Assembly: GCA_002722055.1 (NCBI GenBank)
Contig: PBKD01000011.1
Coordinates: 791-64,790, forward strand
Length of the DNA stretch: 64,000 bases
Reading direction: 5' to 3'
Origin: Rhodospirillaceae bacterium
GTDB taxonomy: Bacteria; Pseudomonadota; Alphaproteobacteria; SHVP01
Shown: positions 49,521-59,028 of the stretch, in pieces
Layout: each line of letters begins with the position of its first letter
How positions within the stretch are numbered: position 1 is the stretch's first letter
Notes under the pieces: generated by a model
What the model saw: only the letters and a program-made list of their open reading frames with translations
Database searches by the model: none
What the model was told of the DNA's origin: nothing
Translations under genes and position numbers: made by a program

Positions 49521-50009
49521 TTGAAATTGAAAAAATATATTGATTATCAAAAAATTGTAGATAAATCTCTAAGAAAGGTTATTAAACATGTGCTTAAGCA
49601 TGTATACGAAAATGGAATGGAAGGTGATCATCATCTATATATTACCTTCCTAACTCAATATGAAGGTGTTGAAATCCCAGAGTATTTGATAAATGAATAT
49701 CCAAATGAAATTACAATAATTTTACAACATCAATTTTGGAATTTGGAAATTAATGAAAATTCATTTTCTATTTCATTATCATTTAATAATAATACAGAAA
49801 ATATTAAAGTACCATATAATTCAATTACATCATTCGCGGATCCTTCAGTCAATTTCGGACTCCAATTTAAAGACAGCGCCCATACAGAAGGAACACTAGT
49901 TGAAGATAATAAAGACCAAAATCAAGAAAAGTCTAATTTAAGATCAGACGATACTGCCGCAGATAATGTCATAGCTTTTACTGATTTTCATAAAAAACCA
50001 AATGAATAA
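49521..50009 (+). CDS. sspB: ClpXP adaptor SspB (alphaproteobacterial type)
   Basis: G.HH.YITF.T...GV.IP..L...YP.EITIILQHQFW.L, L.FN...E.I..PY..IT.F.DPSVNFGLQF, C-terminal NVIAFTDFHKK; adjacent to ssrA. Confidence 0.92.
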   Translation: MKLKKYIDYQKIVDKSLRKVIKHVLKHVYENGMEGDHHLYITFLTQYEGVEIPEYLINEYPNEITIILQHQFWNLEINENSFSISLSFNNNTENIKVPYNSITSFADPSVNFGLQFKDSAHTEGTLVEDNKDQNQEKSNLRSDDTAADNVIAFTDFHKKPNE

Positions 50010-50066
50010 GATTGCTTTTAGTCTAAAAACTAAAATATTTCTAATTTAATTTAGAGAGATTTACCT

Positions 50067-50276
50067 TTGATAAAAAAAAAATCTGTAAATATTTCGGGAC
50101 ATAGAACTAGCATCTCAATTGAAGAACAGTTTTGGCAAGTTCTTAAAGAAATTTCTGAATACAAGAAAAAAAGTATTAATTCTCTAATTTTTGAAATTGA
50201 TAAAAAAAGAAATATCAATACTAATTTATCTTCTGCCATTAGATTATTTGTATTGAATTATATAAGAAATAATTAA
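50067..50276 (+). CDS. Ribbon-helix-helix (RHH_4) domain protein
   Basis: K.SV.I.GHRTSIS.E..FW..L..I, NLSSAIRLFVL. TTG start. Confidence 0.88.
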   Translation: MIKKKSVNISGHRTSISIEEQFWQVLKEISEYKKKSINSLIFEIDKKRNINTNLSSAIRLFVLNYIRNN

Positions 50277-50422
50277 GAATATTTAGGTTTTTGGGGAAAA
50301 ATACAAAAAAAAAAAATTTAAATTAAAAAAACTAGTGAAATAAACAAAAAAATCTGCCTAAATAAGATTATTAAAGATGTTTAAAAATTTAAATGTTATT
50401 CTATTTGGGAGGGGTATTAGCA

Positions 50423-52081
50423 ATGAAAGCATCGGATCTTTTCGTAAAGTGTCTTGAAGAAGAAGGAGTAACTCACATATTTGGTATTCCTGGTGAAGAA
50501 AATGCCGATGTTATGATTTCTTTGAATAAAAGCCCAATTGAATTTGTACTTTGTCGTCACGAGCAAGCTGCTGCATTTATGGCTGACACTTATGGAAGAT
50601 TAACTGGTAAACCTGGAGTTTGTTTAGCAACATTGGGCCCAGGTGCAACAAACCTTGTTACAGGTGTTGCTGACGCAAATATGGATAGAGCCCCAATCGT
50701 TGTGATTATTGGTCAAGCAACTACAACTAGACTACATAAAGAAAGTCATCAGAATATGGACTCAATAGCCATGTACAGACCAATAAGTAAATGGGCTCAC
50801 TCAATAAGTAAACCAGCAAATATTCCTGAAATAGTTAGAAAAGCATTTAAAATAGCAATTGCAGAAAAACCAGGAGCTACAGTTATTGAACTGCCTGAAG
50901 ATGTAGCTGAAGAAAATACAAACCTTAAACCACTTTTAGTAAAAAAGACACGTAGAGCAGCTGCTGACCATAAGGCTGTTAAAGAGGCAGTTAACCTTAT
51001 TGCTGATGCAAAAAGCCCCCTAGTATTAGCTGGCAATGGAGCTTTGAGAAAAAGAGCAGCTAAGCAAGTTTTACGGTTTGCTCATAAAACTGGTATAGGA
51101 GTAGTAAATACTTTTATGGGCAAGGGAGCTGTTCCAAGAACAGATCCGCACTGCTTGTTTACTTTAGGACTTCAGGGACAGGATCATATTAATGGAGCAA
51201 TTAACAAATCAGATCTTATAATCGCAATAGGCTATGATCTTGTTGAATTTTCTCCTAGTGCATGGAATAAAGTTGGAGATAAAAAAATCATACATATCGA
51301 TTTCCTGCCAGCAGAAATAGATTCTAGTTACCCTGTATCTGTGGATGTTGTCTCAGATGTTGCCGATGCAATGTGGCAAATTAACGAAGAAATAAATAAA
51401 TCCCACGGTGATAAGTTACCTTTATTTGATATAAATGATAGACAAGCATTACGAAATACAATCTTAGATGATTTCGCTATGGAAAAGGACGATAAATCAT
51501 TTCCTATGAAACCTCAGAAAATTCTTTGGGAGGTCAGGGAGTTTCTAGATCCTAGCGATATACTTTTATCTGATGTTGGAGCTCATAAAATGTGGATTTC
51601 AAGATACTTTCAATGCGATGAACCAAACACCTGTTTAATTTCAAATGGTTTCTGCACAATGGGATTTGCTTTTCCTGGATCAATGGGAGCAAAAATTGCA
51701 GAACCAAATAAAAAAATTCTATCTATAAATGGAGATGCTGGTTTTTTGATGAATGTTCAGGATATCGAAACAGCCGTTAGAAACAAAATTAATGTTGTTG
51801 CAATGGTTTGGCTTGACGGAGAGTACGGACTAATTAAATGGAAACAACAAAACTCATTTAATGGCGAACATTCGGAGCTTGCATTTAATAACCCTGATTA
51901 TGAGTTGTTTGCAAAATCATTTGGAGCCTGGGGGAAAATTATCAAATCTCCAGAAGAACTTAGACCTGCTCTTGAAGAGGCTTTCGAACAAAATGGTCCT
52001 GCAATAATTGCAGTACCGGTTGATTATAGAGAAAACTTAAAACTTACTAAGAGATTAGGTGAATTAGAGTTTACAATTTAA
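50423..52081 (+). CDS. Second acetolactate synthase large-subunit-like TPP enzyme
   Basis: IFGIPGEEN, RHEQ.AAFMA, TLGPGATN, DVGAHKMW, SNG..TMG, GDAGF.MN. Likely ATG at 50423 after GGAGG. Confidence 0.88.
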   Translation: MKASDLFVKCLEEEGVTHIFGIPGEENADVMISLNKSPIEFVLCRHEQAAAFMADTYGRLTGKPGVCLATLGPGATNLVTGVADANMDRAPIVVIIGQATTTRLHKESHQNMDSIAMYRPISKWAHSISKPANIPEIVRKAFKIAIAEKPGATVIELPEDVAEENTNLKPLLVKKTRRAAADHKAVKEAVNLIADAKSPLVLAGNGALRKRAAKQVLRFAHKTGIGVVNTFMGKGAVPRTDPHCLFTLGLQGQDHINGAINKSDLIIAIGYDLVEFSPSAWNKVGDKKIIHIDFLPAEIDSSYPVSVDVVSDVADAMWQINEEINKSHGDKLPLFDINDRQALRNTILDDFAMEKDDKSFPMKPQKILWEVREFLDPSDILLSDVGAHKMWISRYFQCDEPNTCLISNGFCTMGFAFPGSMGAKIAEPNKKILSINGDAGFLMNVQDIETAVRNKINVVAMVWLDGEYGLIKWKQQNSFNGEHSELAFNNPDYELFAKSFGAWGKIIKSPEELRPALEEAFEQNGPAIIAVPVDYRENLKLTKRLGELEFTI

Positions 52082-52082
52082 A

Positions 52083-53492
52083 CTAATCTCTAAAAACTTT
52101 TCCAGGATTCATTATATTTCTTGGATCTAGAGAAAATTTTATAGACTTCATTACATCAACGGTGTTTTCCCCGTGCTCTTTAACTAAATAATCTACTTTT
52201 CCATATCCTATTCCATGCTCACCTGTACATGTTCCATCCATTTCAATAGCTCTAAAAACTAAGTCTTCATTCATTTTTTTTACTTCATTAATTTCTGCAG
52301 AATTTTTCGGATTTACAACAAAACAGACATGAAAATTTCCATCTCCGACATGGCCAACTATTGGGGCTGGAATACTGGAACTTTGAATTTGTTTTTTAGT
52401 TTCTAGTATACAATCTGCTAATCTTGAAATTGGCACACACACATCAGTAGCCCAAATTCCACAACCAGGACGAAGAGCTGCTGCTGCATATGCTGCATTA
52501 TGTCTTGCTTTCCACAATTTATTATATTCCTCTATTTTTGATGTCCATTTAAAAGAGCTCCCATTATATTGTTCTGTAATTCTTTGAACTATTTCAGATT
52601 GCTCCCTGACTGAGTTTTCACTTCCATGAAATTCCATCCATAAAGTTGGGAGAACCTCATGAGATGATTTCTCAAATTTATTAATAGCTTCTATTTGAAC
52701 CTCATCCGCAAATTCTATACGAGCAATGGGCACACCTATTTGAATGACTTCAATTACAGAATTAATAGCTTTTTCAATATTTGGGAATACACATGAAGCA
52801 ACTGATTTAGTTTCCGGTATTCCAAAAAGCTTAATAGTTACTTCTGTAATAATACCTAGTGTTCCTTCAGAACCAACAAATAACCTAGTTAAATCATAGC
52901 CAGCTGATGATTTCCTTGCTCTTTTTGATGTTTCAATAACTCTTCCGTCAGCCAAAACTACTTTGAGGCTTAGAACATTATCTTTCATAGTTCCATATTT
53001 TACTGCTGTGGTCCCAGATGCTCTTGTAGCCACCATACCACCTAAAGTAGCATTAGCACCTGGGTCAATTGGAAAAAATAATCCTTGGTCTCTTAAATAG
53101 TTATTTAACTGATTTCTTGTAACTCCTGCCATTACTCTACAATCTAAATCTTCAACATTAACTTGGATAATTTCATTCAAGTTTGATAAATCAATACTTA
53201 TCCCTCCTTTTATTGCTGCAATATGGCCTTCTAATGAGGTGCCAGCACCAAAGGGAACTACTGGAATAGAATGTTGATAACAAATTGAGAGGATCTTACT
53301 TACTTCCTCAGTATTAATAACAAATGCAACTGCATCAGGAATAAAGCCTTCATGATATGACTCATCTTTACCATGATTCTCTCTTATTGGTACCGATGTT
53401 GTAAACCTATCACCTAAAAAATTTTTAATTTTATTAAAAACAATTTTTAAATCACTTGTTGTCATATTAGAAAAAATAGAACTATTCATCAT
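52083..53492 (-). CDS. FAD-linked oxidase, D-lactate dehydrogenase (cytochrome)-like
   Basis: PFGAGTSLEG, FPIDPGANATLGGM..T.ASGT..V.YGTM, GSEGTLG, GHVGDGNFH, GEHGIG, LDP..IMNPGK. Confidence 0.9.
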   Translation of the reverse strand: MMNSSIFSNMTTSDLKIVFNKIKNFLGDRFTTSVPIRENHGKDESYHEGFIPDAVAFVINTEEVSKILSICYQHSIPVVPFGAGTSLEGHIAAIKGGISIDLSNLNEIIQVNVEDLDCRVMAGVTRNQLNNYLRDQGLFFPIDPGANATLGGMVATRASGTTAVKYGTMKDNVLSLKVVLADGRVIETSKRARKSSAGYDLTRLFVGSEGTLGIITEVTIKLFGIPETKSVASCVFPNIEKAINSVIEVIQIGVPIARIEFADEVQIEAINKFEKSSHEVLPTLWMEFHGSENSVREQSEIVQRITEQYNGSSFKWTSKIEEYNKLWKARHNAAYAAAALRPGCGIWATDVCVPISRLADCILETKKQIQSSSIPAPIVGHVGDGNFHVCFVVNPKNSAEINEVKKMNEDLVFRAIEMDGTCTGEHGIGYGKVDYLVKEHGENTVDVMKSIKFSLDPRNIMNPGKVFRD

Positions 53493-53598
53493 ATACTTTC
53501 ATTCAAATCTGTTTACCTTTATTAAATATCTTACTTTTTTATTTAATAATCAAAATCATACACTTTAATACATCGTAGAAGTTAGCTATTATACATAT

Positions 53599-54081
53599 AT
53601 GATCGATGAAAGACTAATAAAAGTTGACCTTGGTATGAAAGTAGAACCTTCATGGATAGATTACAATGGCCATATGAATGTTACTTATTATTTGCTTGCT
53701 TTTGATAAAATTATAGATGAGTTTAATAATGATTTAGGGTTAGGTATACAATATAGGAATGATACAAATAAATCTACGTACGCTTTAGAGTCACATATTA
53801 TTTGGATAAAAGAAATGCTTTTGGGAGAAAGAATGAACTTTACTATTCAATTACTAGATCATGATAAAAAAAAATTACATTTATTCTTAACTATGTTAAC
53901 TAATAAAGAAAATATAGAGGTAGCAACTTATGAAGTGCTATCAATGCATATTAATTTGAAAACAAAAAAATCATGTCACTTTCCAAATATAGTCCAAAAA
54001 AAAATTGAAAATATTATGAACATCCACTACAAAATACCTAAACCAAGGCTTTCCGGTTCAACTGTTGGGATAAGAAGGTAA
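53599..54081 (+). CDS. Hot-dog fold thioesterase-family protein
   Basis: V.PSWIDYNGHMN..YY...FD, E.HI...KE, D.KKLHLF. Confidence 0.85.
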   Translation: MIDERLIKVDLGMKVEPSWIDYNGHMNVTYYLLAFDKIIDEFNNDLGLGIQYRNDTNKSTYALESHIIWIKEMLLGERMNFTIQLLDHDKKKLHLFLTMLTNKENIEVATYEVLSMHINLKTKKSCHFPNIVQKKIENIMNIHYKIPKPRLSGSTVGIRR

Positions 54082-54104
54082 AAAATAAAACAAATGAGGC
54101 TTTA

Positions 54105-54608
54105 ATGAATATATTTATGTATTTTATATCAATTTTTTTCTTGGTTTACCTATTTATACCTTCCAGCACCGAGGCAGCATGTACAGATCCTGCCAAACCA
54201 AAAGTTAACTGGGAAAGATGTAATTTTTCTGAAAAAAACTTATCAAATAGAAAACTAAACAAGTCTATACTCAGAGAAACTAGGTTTATCAGATCAAATC
54301 TTAGTAATTCAAATTTGTCTTTTTCTATCGCTGTAAGAGCTAAATTTATTAATACTAATGCAAAAAATGCTATTTTTAATGATGCTAAACTAAGGGAAGC
54401 TGACTTTACCAAAGCAAACCTATCTAATGTATCATTTATAAATGCTGATCTCAGATTGGCGAGGCTATTTAAAGCTAATTTAAAAAATGCTAATTTAACA
54501 GGCGCTAAAATTAGAGGTGCGGATTTGCTAAATGCAGATCTGAGTGGGGCAACTTGGATAGATGGAAATACGGTTTGTTCTGAGGGCTCAATAGGACAAT
54601 GTCAGTAA
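54105..54608 (+). CDS. Secreted pentapeptide-repeat protein
   Basis: Signal-like N-terminus, A(D/N)Lxx repeats (ADFTK ANLSN ... ANLTG AKIRG ADLLN ADLSG), Cys pairs at both ends. Confidence 0.9.
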   Translation: MNIFMYFISIFFLVYLFIPSSTEAACTDPAKPKVNWERCNFSEKNLSNRKLNKSILRETRFIRSNLSNSNLSFSIAVRAKFINTNAKNAIFNDAKLREADFTKANLSNVSFINADLRLARLFKANLKNANLTGAKIRGADLLNADLSGATWIDGNTVCSEGSIGQCQ

Positions 54609-54614
54609 AATAAA

Positions 54615-55946
54615 TTGAATAATAAAAAATATATTCTCAAGGCAAAAAATCTTTATTTTAAATTCATAAATGACACAACTCTATTGGTAATTATATTTCC
54701 TATAATTATTGGAATTTTGGTATCTATTTTTGCAATAATCTTTAGATTAAGTTTTGAAACATTGCAATTAATTTTCTTTAACACTTCACTGGATAATATT
54801 TCAGTTAGGCTTCAAGATATTCCTTGGTTCATTATTCTGTTTGTCCCAACAATTGGAGGTTTAGTAATAGGTATTTTAATTTATAACTTTATGCCCTTCG
54901 GAAGATCTACTGGTATTGCAGACTTAATAGAAATTAATTCTGATCATAAAAGTGATTATTCAATAAAGACAGCACTAAAAGGGGGAATCATAAATACTTT
55001 ATCAATTGGATTTGGAGCGTCAGTTGGAAGAGAAGGACCAATTGTTCATATTGGCGGTGTAATTGGTAGTTTATTCTTCTCAAAAATAAAAAAGAATCAG
55101 AATTTAAAGCCTTTATTGATTGCCTGTGGAGTAGCTTCCGCTGTAAGTGCATCATTTAATGCTCCGATTGCAGGTGTTTTATTTGCAATGGAAGTTATAT
55201 TAAAAAAAAATAGCTTAAATACTTTTATACCTATTATTATTTCATCATTAATTGGAAGTGTTATATCAAGAAAATATTTTGGCTCGGCACCTATCTTTAA
55301 CCTTGTTGAATTAAATTTTAAAAGTTTTGCTGAAATTCCATTATTTATTATACTAGGAATATTTTGTTCATTAATTGGTTTGATATTTATTAAATCAATT
55401 TTTTTATTTGAAAATTTGTATAATAGTAATAATGTACCTATATGGCTCAGACCTGCTGTAGGAGGTTTTGTTGTTGGAGTAATTGGTATTTTTGCTCCTG
55501 AAATCCTTGGAGTAGGTTATTATGGAACAAATTTAGCTTTAACTTCATCTATCCCTTTTTGGTTTTGTATGTTTCTTATTTTTGCTAAAGTTGGGGCCAC
55601 CAGTATTTGCTTAGGTAGCAGATTTGGTGGTGGGGTCTTCAGCCCATCAATTTTTATAGGCGCAATGCTTGGAAGTTGCTTTGGAATCTTAACTAATATT
55701 TATTTTCCTGATTTTGCTAGTCCTGTTGCTTTTTATGCAATTATTGGTATGGGAGCAGTTGCGGCACCCATCCTAGGTGCCCCTATATCTACAATAATGA
55801 TATCTTTTGAATTGACTGGTCAATATGAGGTAATTTTAGCGTCTATTATAACGATTTCAATTTCTTGTTTAATTTATAAAAAAACTAAATTAGAATCATT
55901 TTTTATAGTCCAACTTTATAAAAGAAATCAGATAGAAAAATTATAA
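54615..55946 (+). CDS. ClC-family chloride channel/antiporter, no CBS domains
   Basis: GASVGREGP, FNAPIAG..FA.E, GGVFSP..F.GA, FELTG. Confidence 0.9.
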   Translation: MNNKKYILKAKNLYFKFINDTTLLVIIFPIIIGILVSIFAIIFRLSFETLQLIFFNTSLDNISVRLQDIPWFIILFVPTIGGLVIGILIYNFMPFGRSTGIADLIEINSDHKSDYSIKTALKGGIINTLSIGFGASVGREGPIVHIGGVIGSLFFSKIKKNQNLKPLLIACGVASAVSASFNAPIAGVLFAMEVILKKNSLNTFIPIIISSLIGSVISRKYFGSAPIFNLVELNFKSFAEIPLFIILGIFCSLIGLIFIKSIFLFENLYNSNNVPIWLRPAVGGFVVGVIGIFAPEILGVGYYGTNLALTSSIPFWFCMFLIFAKVGATSICLGSRFGGGVFSPSIFIGAMLGSCFGILTNIYFPDFASPVAFYAIIGMGAVAAPILGAPISTIMISFELTGQYEVILASIITISISCLIYKKTKLESFFIVQLYKRNQIEKL

Positions 55947-58145
55947 ATGGATAAAACCTCAGTTATTGATCATAATAATCTCAGTTACTTGCAATCTTTA
56001 AATAGAGAACAACTAGATGCAGTTCAATCAATAAATGGTCCAGTTCTAGTTTTGGCTGGTGCTGGCACTGGTAAAACAAAGGTCCTTGTATCTAGAATAT
56101 GCCATATCTTAAAAAATAATTATGCAAAACCTTGGGAAATCCTTGCTGTGACTTTTACAAATAAAGCTTCTAAGGAAATGAATAGCAGAGTATCAAGCCT
56201 CATAGGTCAGGCTGTTGAAGGAATGTGGTTAGGTACATTTCATTCAATAGGAGTAAAAATATTAAGATCAAATGCTGAATTAATTGGCCTAAAAAATAAC
56301 TTTACAATTATTGATACTGATGATCAAACCAGAGTACTAAAACAATTAATTAAATCAAATAATATTGATGATAAAAGGTGGCCAGCAAGATCACTAGCAT
56401 ATATTATAAATAAGTGGAAAGATATGGGCGTTCTGCCAGAAGAAGTTCGGTCTGAGGATACTACAAATTTTGCCCAAGGTAAAAGTGTAGAACTCTATAA
56501 AGATTATAACTCGTTATTAAAAGTTCAAAATGCAGCTGACTTTGGCGATTTAATCCTTCATTGTATAACATTATTTAAAAATAATGATGATATCCTTAAA
56601 AATTATCAGAAAAAATTTAAATTTATCTTAGTGGATGAATATCAAGATACAAACCAAGCTCAACATAAATGGCTAAAATTTCTAGCTATGGGGTCAAAAA
56701 ATGTCTGCTGTGTGGGTGATGATGATCAATCTATATATGGCTGGAGAGGTGCAGAGGTAGGTAACATTCTTAGTTTTGAGAAAGATTTTTCTGGAGCAAA
56801 AATTATTAGACTTGAGAAGAATTATAGGTCTCAACCGCATATTCTTAAAGCTGCATCAGAATTAATTAAAAATAATATGGGTAGACTTGGAAAAACTCTT
56901 TGGACAGAAAAAGAGAATGGTGAGCCTATAATTATTTCGAGCCATCTTGATGGAGCAGATGAAGCAAGATCAGTTATTGAAAATTGCGAAATAATTTCAA
57001 AAAATAATAAACTAAATGAAATTGCAATTTTAGTAAGAGCAGGATATCAAACTCGAGAATTTGAAGATCGTTTGCTAACTGTTAATCTTCCCTACAGAGT
57101 AATTGGAGGCCCAAGGTTTTATGAAAGGCGTGAAATAAGAGATGCTATAGCATATTTAAGAGTAGTATCGCAGCCAAATGATGGCATTGCTTTTGAAAGA
57201 ATAATAAATGTACCAAAAAGAGGTCTGGGGCAAACTACAATTAAATCAATATACGATATGTCAAAAAAAAATAATGAGTCACTAATATCTTCTGCTCAAA
57301 ATATTATATTAACTGATATTATCAGACCTCAAGCAAAATCCTCCCTTAGCAAATTACTAGAGAACTTTAATAGATGGATATCATTACGCGACCAAACAAA
57401 CGTTAGAGACTTACTAGAAACGATATTAGACGAAAGTGGATATACAGATATGTGGCAAAATGATAAATCTATTGAGGCTCCTGGTCGATTAGATAACCTA
57501 ATGGAACTTGCAGATACTCTAGAAAATTTTGAAAACCTTACAGCTTTTTTAGATCATGTTAGTCTAGTTATGGAGAATGAAAAAAATGAAACTGGAGATA
57601 TGATTAATATCATGACCCTGCATGCAGCTAAGGGTTTAGAGTTTGATCATGTTTTCCTTCCGGGCTGGGAAGAAGGGCTTTTTCCAAATCAAAGATCCCT
57701 AGATGAATATGGAACTGTAGCCTTAGAAGAGGAACGGCGGTTAGGCCATGTAGGTATAACCAGGGCAAGAAAGACAGTCAGAATTTCTTTCGCACATAGC
57801 AGACGTTCTTTTGGTGAGTGGCAGAACTCATTACCATCTCGTTTTATTGATGAACTTCCAGAAGAAAATATAAGTTTTTTAGAAGAAAGTCATAATATCG
57901 ATAATAATTTTTTTCAAGATAATGATTTTAATCAAGATATAAATTTTGATTTTGATCAGAGTTATAAAAAAACTAAAAGTATTCCACATAAGATTAGAAA
58001 TATAATTGTTGGCTCTAAAATCAAACATGAAAAATATGGAATAGGATATGTAATTAAAATAAATTATGAAAAACTTGAAATAGTTTTTGAGAATCATGGA
58101 AAAAAAACAATTATTAGTGACTACGTTGAAGTAATGAATGATTAA
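55947..58145 (+). CDS. uvrD: UvrD/PcrA ATP-dependent DNA helicase
   Basis: AGAGTGKT, VTFTNKA, DEYQDTN, VGDDDQSIYGWRGA, NYRS, TLHAAKGLEF, EEERRL..V..TRA. Confidence 0.96.
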   Translation: MDKTSVIDHNNLSYLQSLNREQLDAVQSINGPVLVLAGAGTGKTKVLVSRICHILKNNYAKPWEILAVTFTNKASKEMNSRVSSLIGQAVEGMWLGTFHSIGVKILRSNAELIGLKNNFTIIDTDDQTRVLKQLIKSNNIDDKRWPARSLAYIINKWKDMGVLPEEVRSEDTTNFAQGKSVELYKDYNSLLKVQNAADFGDLILHCITLFKNNDDILKNYQKKFKFILVDEYQDTNQAQHKWLKFLAMGSKNVCCVGDDDQSIYGWRGAEVGNILSFEKDFSGAKIIRLEKNYRSQPHILKAASELIKNNMGRLGKTLWTEKENGEPIIISSHLDGADEARSVIENCEIISKNNKLNEIAILVRAGYQTREFEDRLLTVNLPYRVIGGPRFYERREIRDAIAYLRVVSQPNDGIAFERIINVPKRGLGQTTIKSIYDMSKKNNESLISSAQNIILTDIIRPQAKSSLSKLLENFNRWISLRDQTNVRDLLETILDESGYTDMWQNDKSIEAPGRLDNLMELADTLENFENLTAFLDHVSLVMENEKNETGDMINIMTLHAAKGLEFDHVFLPGWEEGLFPNQRSLDEYGTVALEEERRLGHVGITRARKTVRISFAHSRRSFGEWQNSLPSRFIDELPEENISFLEESHNIDNNFFQDNDFNQDINFDFDQSYKKTKSIPHKIRNIIVGSKIKHEKYGIGYVIKINYEKLEIVFENHGKKTIISDYVEVMND

Positions 58146-59028
58146 AAAAATTAATTGGGCTCTAGAGTTTGAAATAGATCCAAAACAAGAGCAGATATAT
58201 GATCTAGTATTTGAAGGAACTTTAGATACTAATTTCGATGCTGTTATTAAGTACAAAAAGAATAATAAACAATTAAATAGTAATTTGATATATCAGATAT
58301 TTTCACCAAACAAATCCAAGTTGTTGGAATTAAGAATTTTTTTTTCAAATAAAAAAATTAACTCAAGAATTAAAAAAATTAAAAAAATAAATTGGCTAGA
58401 ATTCTCAGATAATTTAAAATCTGAAATATTAATAGGGAAATTTAAGATATTTCCTGGTATATCAAAAAATTCAAATTATACGAATTTTCAAATACCAATT
58501 TCAATTAATTTTACAAATGGTTTTGGAACTGGAGAGCATGCAACAACACAAGGATGTTTAATGGCATTCGAGAAAGTAAATAAAAGAAAAAAATTTATAA
58601 ATATACTAGAAATTGGATCGGGTTCTGGAATTCTTTCAATAGCTCTAAAAAAATTATTTAATTCTAAATTAACAACCACTGAGTCAGACTTACAATCTTA
58701 CCTGGCAAGTGCTGGTAATTTTAAAATAAATAAAATAAATAAAAAAATTAGTTTTTTTCATCAATCATCTTTAAGTAACTCTAACATAGTTCAAAATTCT
58801 CCGTACGATTTGATAGTAGCAAATATTCTTGCTAACCCTATAATTAGCTTTTCTAGCCAAATAAATGATATATCAAAAAAAAATACAATTTTAATACTAT
58901 CTGGTTTTAACTATAATCAACATATAAGAATAATTAATAAATATAGGTATATAGGTTTTGTTTACAAAATGCATATTAATCTAGATAGTTGGATTACTTT
59001 GATACTAGAGAAAAGAAAAAGTATATGA
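58138..59028 (+). CDS. prmA: Ribosomal protein L11 methyltransferase-like (divergent N-terminus)
   Basis: GFGTGEH.TT, LEIGSGSGILSIA, YDLIVANILA.P, LILSG. Confidence 0.8.
   Translation: MIKKINWALEFEIDPKQEQIYDLVFEGTLDTNFDAVIKYKKNNKQLNSNLIYQIFSPNKSKLLELRIFFSNKKINSRIKKIKKINWLEFSDNLKSEILIGKFKIFPGISKNSNYTNFQIPISINFTNGFGTGEHATTQGCLMAFEKVNKRKKFINILEIGSGSGILSIALKKLFNSKLTTTESDLQSYLASAGNFKINKINKKISFFHQSSLSNSNIVQNSPYDLIVANILANPIISFSSQINDISKKNTILILSGFNYNQHIRIINKYRYIGFVYKMHINLDSWITLILEKRKSI

Noticed and set aside
50290-50340. Poly-A tract as a phase-variation site
   Set aside because: It is intergenic, and homopolymer A/T runs are frequent throughout this AT-rich window.
54105-54608. Qnr/MfpA-type gyrase-protecting pentapeptide protein
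   Set aside because: It has a signal peptide and disulfide-like Cys caps, indicating export rather than cytoplasmic DNA mimicry.
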